This document shows, one piece after another, positions 39,018-50,900 of a stretch of DNA of 64,000 bases. This DNA is from Macrostomum hystrix. Its lineage: Eukaryota > Animalia > Platyhelminthes. Position numbers and translations under genes: made by a program. The notes under the pieces were generated by a model that saw only the letters and a list, made by a program, of their open reading frames with translations, was not told where the DNA came from and did not search any database. Positions within the stretch are counted from its first letter, which is position 1; each line of letters starts with the position of its first letter. The stretch lies in contig CATNEN010000037.1 of the NCBI GenBank assembly GCA_950097015.1, forward strand, positions 2,356,001 to 2,420,000. Reading direction: 5' to 3'.

Positions 39018-39362
39018 ATGAATAAGGTTGCGGTGAAGCCGCTGTTTCTCCTGGCAGTCGCTGTCTGCCTGTTCAACTCCAGCCTGCAGCAGCAAAGCAC
39101 CCCGCCGCCAGGCCAGGATCGGATACCCCTGGAGATTGCCGACGAGCAGACAGCCCGGATGCTGACCAATCCGGAGCTGATGAAGCTGGTTCTGGCCAAC
39201 ACCAACACCGAGGGTCATCACACTAGCAGCGGTGGGCTGCGGCGTTCAAGGCGGTCGACCAAAATGTGGGGCTACGACCTAGCTTGTCGCATTGGTACTG
39301 AAGATTGTCTGCGCGTTTGCAACACCCAGTCCTTCACCTGCTGTTGCTTCGTCCGGCCCTAA
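39018..39362 (+). CDS. Secreted Cys-rich prepropeptide, paralog 1 (114 aa; 35-aa mature peptide with 6 Cys)
   Basis: ATG in GCC-ATG context, hydrophobic signal MNKVAVKPLFLLAVAVCLFNSS, pro-region, RRSRR processing site, then STKMWGYDLACRIGTEDCLRVCNTQSFTCCCFVRP. Duplicated at 40905. Confidence 0.85.
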   Translation: MNKVAVKPLFLLAVAVCLFNSSLQQQSTPPPGQDRIPLEIADEQTARMLTNPELMKLVLANTNTEGHHTSSGGLRRSRRSTKMWGYDLACRIGTEDCLRVCNTQSFTCCCFVRP

Positions 39363-39960
39363 AGCTCAAGATAAAGACTCAAATTATAGTTTCGAAGCCT
39401 CGCAGAAATAGAAATTTACGTGTAGTGCTTCGAGTTAGTTTATTGCCATAGTGCTTAGCTGTCTTTGACTTACCGTCTTTGCCTAGCTTAGTGTAGAAAA
39501 GCAAATTAAACATCCCAAGATTTCGTGATTGCAGTCCTTTTTATTTTCGTGTTCGCTCATACAAAAGATCAACCAGCTGATACTGCATGCGTGCACACAA
39601 GACAATCAACTGCATGTTTGTTGTTAAGATTTTATGGGAAATATACAGAGCAGAGACAATCCTGTCTCGAAGCAATCTTCTAAATATTTTATAATCAACA
39701 GCCTCTGACTCACAATTATAGGTTTTGTTCGCAGGCGTGTGGTTGCAAAGTCAAAGATTCAATGATTTCCAAGCCTTCAAATGGACGCGCATTGAACGTT
39801 CTACACAACAAATCTATAGTACATTTTTACACGAATACGTATGCGAGTATAATACTTGGCAATGAACCGATTAGCAAGCAGTTTGTTTCCGCTTGACGTA
39901 CAGTTCTCGCTAGTTTTTACTTTTTTTCATAAACACGAAGAAGGGAATGAGATCAGACCC

Positions 39961-40210
39961 GCAGCCTAGCGAGAGTCCATTCTGCTACTTACTCCTGAAC
40001 GCACATGCGCAGGTATACCGCATGCAGGCACTCAAACAGGCGGGCTTTGATCATCAGTGAGTATATGCGCTCGCAATGTGCCTTGGGAGTTGGGGCCAAA
40101 AGTGGCGTAAATTGCACGACAAGCCCCCGGCTGCGCTCCGACTTAATGTGGTCTCGACGCGAAATCGAGCTAAGGATCGCCTTAGCATTGCACGCCTTAA
40201 ACGCGCTGAC
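39961..40210 (-). mobile_element. Diverged SINE family A copy between the two peptide genes
   Basis: Shares gtaaattgcacgacaagcc, ggctgcgc, aatgtggtctcg...gaaatcga with the copies at 56028-56110 and 63770-63850. Confidence 0.55.
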
Positions 40211-40815
40211 ATGTAAACCCCCCATGACATCCTATACCGTATTACACTATTGGAGTGTTACGTTGTCTTAGGCTACACCAAAAACAGATGGGTTTTCACC
40301 ACTGTCGGTCGACAAAAAAGAGTCCCATGTAGAGCTCGACATGATTAATTCATAAATTTGTATGCGTAATAGCTGAAAAAAGCTGCTTTAATGTATTTTA
40401 CTTCACCACCAGACTGAACAGATTATGCCAAAAATATAAATAATAAATGTAATTCATATATTCATAAAGCAAAATCAAATATTTATGGGATGCAAATTAA
40501 TTGTCATTGGTCAATTCATTTAGTTCCCTGATTAATCAGCAAACAAACAGTAACAGAAGGTGAAAATCATTTTGCATAAACAGCCGAAAGAGGAATAAAT
40601 ATCAGTTATGTAACTTGATACCAACCAATAATTTGCTTAATAATGTGGTTCCCTCAGCTTCGATAATTGATATGCTGTTTCTTTAATAAGGATTAATAAA
40701 GATTAAGCATTAATTAGCTCGTATATAGGCCTGGTACACTAACAAGTGCCCCACAGTCCTAGAAAATTATGCATCCGCTCTCTTATGCAAGAAACAAATA
40801 AACAAATGACTTCGA

Positions 40816-40822
40816 TATAAAT
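40816..40822 (+). promoter_or_regulatory. Putative TATA box of Cys-rich peptide gene 2
   Basis: TATAAAT 89 nt upstream of ATG 40905. Confidence 0.45.
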
Positions 40823-40904
40823 AAAAAACGATAGTCGCAACACTCATTTATGAGCCTTAACTTCAAAGCTCAATTCTAATTATCTATCTCAAGCACTGTC
40901 TGCC

Positions 40905-41252
40905 ATGAATAAGGTTGCGGTGAAGCCGCTGTTTCTCCTGGCAGTCGCTGTCTGCCTGTTGCACTCCAGCCTGCAGCAGCAAAGCACCCCGCCGCCAGGC
41001 CAGGATCGGATACCCCTGGAGATTGCCGACGAGCAGACAGCCCGGATGCTGACCAATCCGGAGCTGATGAAGCTGGTTCTGGCCAACGCCACGGCCGAGG
41101 CTCATCGCGCCAGCAGCGGCGGGCTGCGAAGGGCGAAGCGGGCAGCCGGATACTGCTGCGTTGTGATGTGTCGGATCGGATTGCACGAGTGTGCCCGAGA
41201 GTGCGGCTATTGGTTTTGGGCCTGCTGCTGTGTCCGGTGCCGCTGGTGCTAG
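40905..41252 (+). CDS. Secreted Cys-rich prepropeptide, paralog 2 (115 aa; 36-aa mature peptide with 10 Cys)
   Basis: Signal and pro-region nearly identical to paralog 1; RRAKR furin-type site, then AAGYCCVVMCRIGLHECARECGYWFWACCCVRCRWC. Confidence 0.87.
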   Translation: MNKVAVKPLFLLAVAVCLLHSSLQQQSTPPPGQDRIPLEIADEQTARMLTNPELMKLVLANATAEAHRASSGGLRRAKRAAGYCCVVMCRIGLHECARECGYWFWACCCVRCRWC

Positions 41253-42060
41253 TCATGCATCCGGATGGTGCTTCGGTATCCGTCCCATATAAATGAACAA
41301 ATATATACCTCTAGCAGATATACTTCGTATATGGAGATTAGTAAGACAACTTGTTCTAATGTAGCTAACACAAAAATTTTCGCAAAAAATACCTTGATTT
41401 TAAATATATTGTTAAATGGACATGATTATTGTCGAAGACCCTGGTGACAAGGCCATTATCATTATTTATTATCACCAATAATAGCTGACATGTTTACATA
41501 ATGAATTTTGTTCTCAGACAAAAATATGTCTATATTGATGGTTTTCGCTCTCCAGACACCCCGACGAGAATCTTTGAATATCTCGACGATGCTGACGTCT
41601 TGTGGTTCTGGACGTTGTATCTAAGGATAGAGCGGAAAATGTTAGCTGATTTTCGTGGCGATAGGATGAATATCTTGGGAGATCCAGAGAAAAAATAAAT
41701 TTAGAACTGGTTTTTTTAATTACGCCGTCGTCTTGTTAAGGGATGAGAAAAGATGAAGCATTGTTCTATTTTATTAGTTTCTTGTTGTTGATCATTGATG
41801 AAATGAATTCACTGAAACACAGTTGAACACATTTTAGTCATTCAGACTACTGGCAGTGACAAGAGAGATCTATTTACAGAGTGATAATTTATTTTATTGG
41901 AAACCGAGATCTAGTAGAAAGAGGAGCCGATCTTTCTAGGAAAATAGCATGCTTTTTCTCTTCAAAAATATTTTCTCAGTCAACGAAAAAAAAGTTCTCG
42001 AATAATATTCGATTGACAACACAATGGTGAAGAAAGCAAATTAGTTGTTAAAAAAGTGTT

Positions 42061-44054
42061 TTAATCTGACGCGGGTGTTGACTGGGCCTGCTTCTGGCGC
42101 ACCACAGCAGCTAGGTAGTACTCGCCTGCCTTGTAAGACGAACGAACCAACGGACCAGAGGCAACATATAGGAAGCCCATAGAGAGGCCGCGTTCCTCCC
42201 AGCGTTTGAAAGCCTCCGGTGTTACATAATCGCGCACTTTCAAATGCCGCTTAGTTGGCTGCACGTACTGGCCAAGGGTGAGCGCTTCAACGCCAACTGA
42301 GCGGAGGTCTTCCATGGCGCGCAGGATTTCGTCGTCAGTTTCGCCAAGGCCGAGCATCAGGCTGCTCTTTGTCACCACGCTGGGCCGGCAGCGCTTGGCG
42401 TGGCTCAGCGCGTCCAGAGACTGCCGATAATTGGCCTTGGGATCGCGGACAAGGCGCTGCAGCGACTCCACAGTCTCCAGGTTGTGGGCTAGCACCTGGA
42501 GATTGACAATACACCAGACAGATGGCATAGGGCGGCATAGATGCATATCCGATCCCAACCATATTTGTTTATGAAGCCACACAACACAACCATACCGGGT
42601 AATGAACCACAAAACACTACCATACCAGTTAATGAACCACAAAACACTATCATACCGGTTAATGAACCACAAAACACTAACATACCAGTTAATGAACCAC
42701 AAAACACTACCATACCGGTTAATGAACCACAAAACACTATCATACCGGGTAATGAACCACAAAACACTACCATACCGGGTAATGAACCACAAAACACTAC
42801 CATACCAGGTAATGAACCACAAAACACTACCATACCGGGTAATGAACCACAAAACACTACCATACCAGTTAATGAACCACAAAACACTATCATACCGGTT
42901 AATGAACCACAAAACACTAACATACCAGTTAATGAACCACAAAACACTACCATACCGGTTAATGAACCACAAAACACTACCATACCGGTTAATGAACCAC
43001 AAAACACTACCATACCGGTTAATGAACCACAAAACACTACCATACCAGTTAATGAACCACAAAACACTACCATACCGGTTAATGAACCACAAAACACTAC
43101 CATACCGGTTAATGAACTACAAAACACTACCATACCGGGTAATGAACCACAAAACACTACCATACCGGTTAATGAACCACAAAACACGACTAGATTGGAT
43201 AATGAGAACCAAATCACTAATAGTTTTCATAATGAGACCTAACAACATCACCAGATTTGAAATAAAATCCATCAATACTGACTAAGTTTAAGTCTTGGAA
43301 AGGTGAGAACTATTAATTTCAGTAGTCAGTGTGAGTTCTCAGTGATTTGTTTAAATCATTAATTTACCTGCGGTCCGCTAGAAACCACCGTCGCCATGCA
43401 GTCTAGCCGGCCGCGAAAGTCTGGAACTAGACACTCCACCAGCATGTCCGGCCGTAGGCGCAGAATCTCGGTCACCGTGGCACCGAAATGCCCGGCCCCG
43501 CCGTCTGGCAGGTCGTCTCGATCAACCGACGTCAGGACAACATAATGGCCGGACCATTGGGCCACAGCGCGAGCCGTGTTAACCGGCTCGTCCGGATCTG
43601 GCGCCGACGGCTTCAGGCTGGTCTTCACAGAGCAGAACCGGCAGGCCCTGGTGCAGGTGTCGCCTAGCAGCATAATAGTGGCCGTAGCCGCCTCGCCGCT
43701 CCAGCATTCGCCAATGTTCGGACAGCGGGCCTCTTCGCACACCGTGTGCAGCTTCAACTGGCGCAGATTGCGTTGCATCTTGGCAAAATCGCCGCCCGCC
43801 GGGATGTCCCGCTTCAGCCAGTCTGGCAGGCGTAGCCTAGCCGGAGGTCGCTGAGCATTGGGCAGAAAGTCGTCAAGGCCCGGACCTCCAGCTAATTTGT
43901 CCTTCTGCGATTGGCTGAGGCTGTTACACAGTCTGCGACTAGAACAGGTGAGCACAAGAGCCAATCGAGTTCGACAGGCACTGGCAATCACTGCAGCTGG
44001 CAAAGTTGGGCAATGAATTGCACCAACCGAAATTAGGCACTGGCTTGTTGGAGC
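42061..44054 (-). CDS. LIAS: Lipoyl synthase (radical SAM), mitochondrial; 5' end unresolved
   Basis: Exons 42495-42061 and 43368 to acceptor 44054 (or 43938). Motifs [12 protein letters not shown] (auxiliary cluster), CTRACRFC (radical SAM), [47 protein letters not shown]. Start codon not identified. Confidence 0.93.
42600..43187. repeat. Intronic minisatellite, 30 bp unit, about 20 copies (LIAS intron 42496-43367)
   Basis: Unit aatgaaccacaaaacactaccataccggtt, fading into degenerate units at both edges. Confidence 0.95.
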
Positions 44055-46448
44055 CTGAAGCAAATGAAGGGGTGAGCAATGCCTTAAAATGCATGGTTTA
44101 GTTATAGAAATTATAACAAAAATAACAAGTGTTATTAGTTTTGACAAATCAAATTTCACAAAGCCGAGGTAGCAAAAAAGGTAAATAAAAAAGTGAAAAT
44201 TACACACATACCTATATATATGTGTGTGCTGAGATATACAGTATGTCTTAGACAATGATTTTCTAGTTTGTACTTTAAAGCATCACTTATTAAGGTACAA
44301 GAACTTTAACTATTTAAAAAATTGAGGTATAATTTTTTTTTAAATATCTTTCAGCAAAAGCCTTTCGCCAGTGGTGCAACCAAGGGGGATCATGACCCAC
44401 AGATGCCAGATTTTCAGGTCTGATGATGCTGCACTTTGGGCAGTGGGTGTGGCATGGGCTGCCTTTAGCATAGCAGTCAAATGCCTCAAGGCAACTTGTA
44501 AAAACAATTGTAATAAAATTCTTACAACTAGACTTTATGCTTAAATAGGCCTTAGCTGATAATTATAAACTTGCTCTGCTTAGCTAGGCTAACTTAGCAA
44601 ACATTAACTTTCTAATATATTACTGACAAATCGTCTTTAGCATGGGGCTGCATGCATGGACATAAGAACTTTTTTGGATTTTTTTGCTCCAAAGTAGTTG
44701 TTGCTAGCAATATAGGCTAAACAATTATCAATAGGGCATAAGGTAGCTAGCCAGCAAGCAGGTTTTTGTCCAAATTGTAGTGCTATTCAGCACCTTGTGT
44801 AAAAAATCAGGATGCTAATTGTCACCCAAGATTGGCACCCAACCATTTTCTTGCTCAAAACTTATTTTTTCATCATTCTCACTAGTCCTCAGTTATCAAT
44901 CATTCTTGGCAATGTTTTACTTTGATTTGCATACTTATTTTGCCTTTTGAAATTACACTTCCTCATATGGAATATTGGAAAACAATGAAATGAACAAAGA
45001 ACATCAAACAGCAACAAGTAAAAATGATTGTTTGGTCAGTCATTCAGAAGAAAATAACAGTCTTGTTCTCCTGGGACCAAAAGTAGGTGAGCTCCACTAT
45101 CTTGGCCAGCTGTAGGTGTGAGCCATTGAAGAAGGAACCCTGTTAGATAGAATATTGTTTTAGACAATTGTGGCAGTCCCAGGCATACCCATTAATGTAT
45201 TTGTCACCCTAGCAAGTCTTCAGTTGCATTTTGGTTCCACTGTGGTTGTAGGTACCTTGATTTGCCAACAGTTGGTATTTGGCAAGTCACCAAATTATAG
45301 TAATAATGTTGTGCATGGCCTTAACCACAACCCAAAAGGTGAATGTTGACATTGACAGATCAAGTAACTCTGCTGCACCTTAGACCTCATCTGATGGCAC
45401 AATCCAAGATAGGGCAGCTGGCCGACCAGCCATGACATAGAAATATTAGCATATAGGAGAATCAAGATGCACATTTCTATATATTGCTCCCAGTCATAAC
45501 TAGCCCCAGCATGCAAAGCCTACTGTCTATGGCACCTAATCTTCCCCAAATCTATGTCAACACCTAAAACCTTGCAAAGCTATACCAGCATATGTCAGTG
45601 ACCCTTGCCATGTCATATTACACATTACTGTGGTTGCATAAGTTTGAATCAGTTAGAAAAATCATTACAGAAACCCATGGTATTATTTTGGTTCTGTATG
45701 TCCCAATTCAGATTGTCAAATAAATAGTTTTTATGCCAAAATTGTAGGACAAAATAACTAGCCAGAAAGTCAACTTTTCAGAATTTACCCAATTTTGGCT
45801 TCTAAAAAGCCACTGCAATAAAATATTTTATTTGTTCTCTACAGTTGATTCATCCTTCCAAATTCTGCAAAAAAATTTTAAGCACAGCAATTTTTATAGC
45901 AACATAGCAAGCCTAATTTTGATCTTTAAAATAGCTATGAGTTTTAAATTGTATTGTATTTATTATAAAACTTTAATGCACACAATTTTAAAGCCTAAAT
46001 ATCTGAATATGTTAGTAATATTATTATAAACTATACTTATTTGAAGTATGTTTTGTTTGTCACCCTACATTTGCTAACCTGCATCGTCTCTGTTACAAAT
46101 TACTTACAAACAAATTACTTAACATACGAGTCTGTGATTTTGGCTTAAATGGTTTGAAGCTAATTTGACTAATGAATACTATGGCTAATGTGTTTCTATG
46201 TATAATAAAAACACAATTGACACAGGAAATCGAGAGATATCGACTTTTAATATTCAGATTTTTACAGATGTTTCAATTTTACTTTGAGCCAAGTCAGCAT
46301 TTTTACCTTTTCTATACTTCCTTTAAATAAATAGATAAGCATATATAACATTTGTAGGGAATTTTCATGTCACGGTTGTAGAAATATCTTGTAAGTTCTT
46401 TAATACATGTTAAAATGCGGAGAGAACGTCGATATTTAAATATGGCGC

Positions 46449-47913
46449 TTATTTAAAATTTGTGAATACAGATCGAACTCGAACAGAATGACAGATCGAG
46501 GCGATGGCCTCCGCCCTCTTGCAATTGTCATCAGACAATGACGCGAAGGAGAACGCCCGTCCACCAGCCAAATACGCGACGCCTTGGTGAATCGTCACCT
46601 GATTCCTGTCGCCGAAGTGGGCCGACTGGGTCTCGCGGTGGTACTTTGCCGAGTAGTTCTCGGAGAAGTCCACGTGAAGCACCAGATGGCCCTCTTCTAG
46701 CGTCAGCTTCAGGTGATTTATTTTTGCTGATGAAGCTGATGGCGTAGGTGAAGCTGATGGCGTTTGCGCATGAAGTGTGCACCATAACTGCGCAGATTCC
46801 GCAGGAGTGTCTGCACTGCCACATCACATCCCACAGACTGCATCACGATCTCCATTCCGCTGGTGCTCTCTTTGGGTGTCCATTCGCCATACTTTACGTC
46901 CGGCTGGGTGGCGGCAACGTCAGTTAGAATGGGAGATTGGTCTCGGCAATCAGGACATTCGTTTTTAAGGCAGTCATATGACTCTTTCGAGCATATGACT
47001 GACGTCAGGAGCGAATCCTTGTCGTTGTAGGCGACTAGGCGTGCAGTGCGCATCCCCTTGACCAGGAGGTCAAGGTTTTCGCACCTCAGACATAGGCATT
47101 GCTGCCTGTCCGCCAGTGTCGGTGTCACGACGTGCCCTGGTCGGAAGCGATAGAACGAGGAGCGGCTGATTTCGCACTCGGGATGATTCGATCGAAAATC
47201 ATCGTACAGAAACTTCACGCTGTGTAGCAGAATACGTTTCTGTGTTCGTTCTCTGTCGCTTGGCACCGTCTCCTTCCTGCCGGCCGTCGCCCGCGAGTTG
47301 TCATCCTCACACAAGTAGCTCACAACAGCCTCCTCAACTAATCTCTCCTTCCTTGGTGGCGGGGGCTTAAGGATTCTACGCGAGCAATGCAGCGTCTTCA
47401 TTACCTCGGCTCGAATTTCCCTAGGCGCCTCCTCACAAATCGTTCTAACTAACTTTTGCGTGCTCCGCTGTCTTTTTGCGCTGATCAGTGATTCAAAAAT
47501 GTAGTTACTAGCCGCACTGGTAATCTCCGCCAACTCCTCTGCGTCGGACGTACTGCGTCTTTTTAACTGCTGTTTCAGGCAGCGATTCTGTTTTTCTAAA
47601 GCCTCGACTTTCCGGGCCGTCTCTTCTCTTTTAATCTTCCTCTTCTTCGCCTCTCTCAGCCTTGCGGCTCTTACTCGCCCTGATGGCGACGGTGTTGGTG
47701 TCGCTGCCCGTCGTTTCCTCTGCACCTTCTGTCGCCAATCTTCCTTCCAAAGGTCAGCCAGATCTTCCTTTGACATTTTCGCCATCGTTATCGCCCTGGA
47801 TTCTCTCTTCTTTTGTCTATTATAACTCTTCAATCCTTCCTTATCCTCAGCCCGCCTCCGGTCATTATACTTTTTTTGTAGTTACGTCTTTTTTGCTTCA
47901 GTGAGAGGCCCAT
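46449..47913 (-). pseudogene. DNA transposase pseudogene, Sola2-like (frameshifted, 3' truncated)
   Basis: Basic N-terminus; QKRILL, ISRSSFYRFRP, CLCLRCEN; after a frameshift near 46720, LHVDFSENY...QSAHF...QVTIHQGV...SFASLSD. A second frameshift falls in an A7 run near 47872. The later catalytic D/E region is absent. The superfamily label comes from motif recall. Confidence 0.7.
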
Positions 47914-50900
47914 GCCTGAAATCAATAATTATTAGTGCTTAGCATGCGTTGTATCTAGCTAAAAAGTGAGCATACGTGCATTATGCTAGAAATGTATAGT
48001 GAAAAATTGGCTATAGTTTGTATTCACAAAAGCTGTTTTTTGAACCTAGAGCACCGCGTAAGTTTTTTCTATTCATTTTTAACTTATATAACAACTTATA
48101 TTATCTTATATAATATATTGCATGTCTTCTCTATTTTTATCTGTAATATAAAATAAATAAATATAAACATATATTTCATATTCAAATGTGTATGCATGGT
48201 ATATATGTAGACAGGCATGAATACATTTGTCTATAGTAGTATTGTAGTATTAAGTGCTGAACATTCATGGATTCTGCATACCGTCTGCATATTATATTTA
48301 GTCTCCTAAAATTAGCACTATAATATCTATAAATGAAAGTAATAGAAATTTAAAGCAGAAAATTTCCCAAGGTCCAGAAGCTTAGAACAATTAGAATGTA
48401 TACATATAGCACAATTTTTATTTAATTGGCCGTCAAGGAAATTCTTGTAATCAAATAAAGCAATGATGATATGAAATTCAGAGGTGCATGTCTTGTCAAT
48501 AAAAATTCACATTTTTACACTATTTTGGCATTTCTTTTGTCATGAAACCTCCTTACCAGACACAAAAATGTCCCTATAAGCAAATTATAGTGTATCTTTC
48601 ATTTTCTATAATAATTATAAATATTCACAACATGTAGATTTATTCCTTAGGAAGGTGGCATCATATCTGTAATATTTCCATGTATTAAGGTACCAGTATC
48701 TGCGAGAAATCTTTTTTCTTGACAGTGTTGTTGTGCATAAGCATTCGAGTCGATTTTTATTTTTTTTATGTTTACTGTTTTAAAATACAATTAGTATATT
48801 GCCAATAATTACGACTTAATTCAGATACGGTATCGTGATATAAATATTTATAGGAGAGTGCGAATTGCTTCTGTTTTTTTATTTTAATCGCTTTCAAAAA
48901 TGGAGCTTCAATACCTCACAGAATTTATTTACCTTTTAGTTTTCAAATGAAATACTTCGAAAAAAGTAGAGTCACAACACTTAGTGGCACAAATTTAACA
49001 GTAATTTTAGCTTAGATTACTTTTAAATTCATTAGACGGGAGTAGTACCTAATATTTTATTATAATTAAGCTTGCAGTCGTGAACTTTTATGGCAAATGC
49101 GCATGCGCAGAAAATTTAAAACTTTGCAAAAAAAATAATTTGTGATTTTAAACAACGTAAGAATGCAGTAAAAACGCTATTTTTTCATTTTTTCTAATGT
49201 TTCGAAAACTTTCAAAAAGATTGAATCATCGCAGCACACTTTAAAACGATAAAGATAGTGAAAAAAAATTTTGTTAATGCCTTCTCGGTACATAAAATTT
49301 TTGAGAATGACCCGCGTGGACTATGTAGAGCTCACTGCGTGGTTCACTGGTTGCCAAACATATGGTCGAAGATAGAAGATTTCAATGATTTTCTAAGAGG
49401 TCAAAGAATACAAAGACTTATATTGTATAGTATCACTCAAAATATCACTCAAGATATTAGCCTTTCACACTTCTGTAGCTGACTGCGATTTTTACGAGCC
49501 TTTCAAATCGATGCTTTCGTTATTTTATACTTTTTTCTTGATGATTATGTAATAGGCCCCAAAATACATTAATTAACGGTTCGCACTAATTTGAAATCTT
49601 CACTTACTTGCTTTATTTAAATATCCATGACAATAGAAATGGTGCAAAGAGACCGTTAGTGCCCTCTATAGGGTATTTGATTATAAGTCAAAACAGCCTA
49701 AGCCCATGGAAACCACATATGCTTCAATACACTAAAATATACAAAAATGTGTATTCTAGTGTCTGTGATCGAAACTAGCTCGAAGATTTCTAAAGCATAA
49801 ATTCACAATCTACAAATTGTATACTCGCAAAGGAAGCTAAATCTGCGGTGGCACAATTGATTTCATGCGAAATACAAGGGGTCCTAGACTATAGTAGCAT
49901 TACTGATTTTTGTTAGTGATTGCCTCACTGAAAAACAAATTTTATAATTTTATTATTTTAAATTAAAAAAACGGTAATCGATCAGTGGAAAGGTTGACAT
50001 TCTATGCCTCCTTAAGCAACGAATAACTGACGCAATATATGTATTAAAATTTGATTTTTTCGACTTCTTAATTTAAGAAATCACCGCATGTTTGGAGCAA
50101 TAAGTTCCTAAAAGTTATTATGTCCCTGCATGCGGCCCCATACTAAAGACGATTTTTCAGGAATATATTAGAAATCACTATTCTGGGGATTCAGTAAAAA
50201 AACAAACTGTTTGGAAAAAAAACTACTAACCATGCCATATATAGAGGGATCTGAACCACAAACAACGAGAATTGTAAAAAATCTTAACTCAGGGAGCTAA
50301 GATGAACCAACAGATCACACCGGCACCTTTTAAATCTGATTACACACAGAGAAGAAAAACAATTAATTAAGTAAAAACAAATAATAACCAAATAGCCAAA
50401 GAGGGTTTTAGAACTTCTAGTGACAATCAGTACGAGTAATGCACTAATGCACTAATGCACCCTTATGACATATTAGCATAAATTAGAACTTAAAATCGAT
50501 TTCTGATAATTAATAGAATTTTAGAATCGACTCAGATTGATACGACAAAGAGTAATGCAATTCGGTAATTTATATTCTAGTACACATTTGCAATTTTCGA
50601 AAAAAACTTTAATTTTACTTTTGCTACTAATGCGTTTAAAAATCCCCTCGTATTTTATTTAAGACGCCTATCATGCGCTCTAGACTACTTCTCGTGACTC
50701 GTGATCAGTAGTGAACGCTGGCTGATAAAAATTGCTGATAACTCATCTGCATCCTCTGGTAATGTTGGAAATCAATGCCTATAGTGTAGAATCACGTGCA
50801 AAAAGATACTAATCATGTCAGTGACATCAACTGCAGAAAAAACTGCAGAATTTGATTATCATCAATCTTATTGCTAAATTGGGCATGAAAAAATATTAGA

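Noticed and set aside
42489-43285. Mucin-like ([10 protein letters not shown])n ORF with N-glycosylation sequons
   Set aside because: Antisense frame of the 30-bp array inside the LIAS intron; no signal peptide and no unique domain.
44370-44400. Possible hAT left TIR (cagtggtgcaacc)
   Set aside because: I found no convincing right TIR or TSD.
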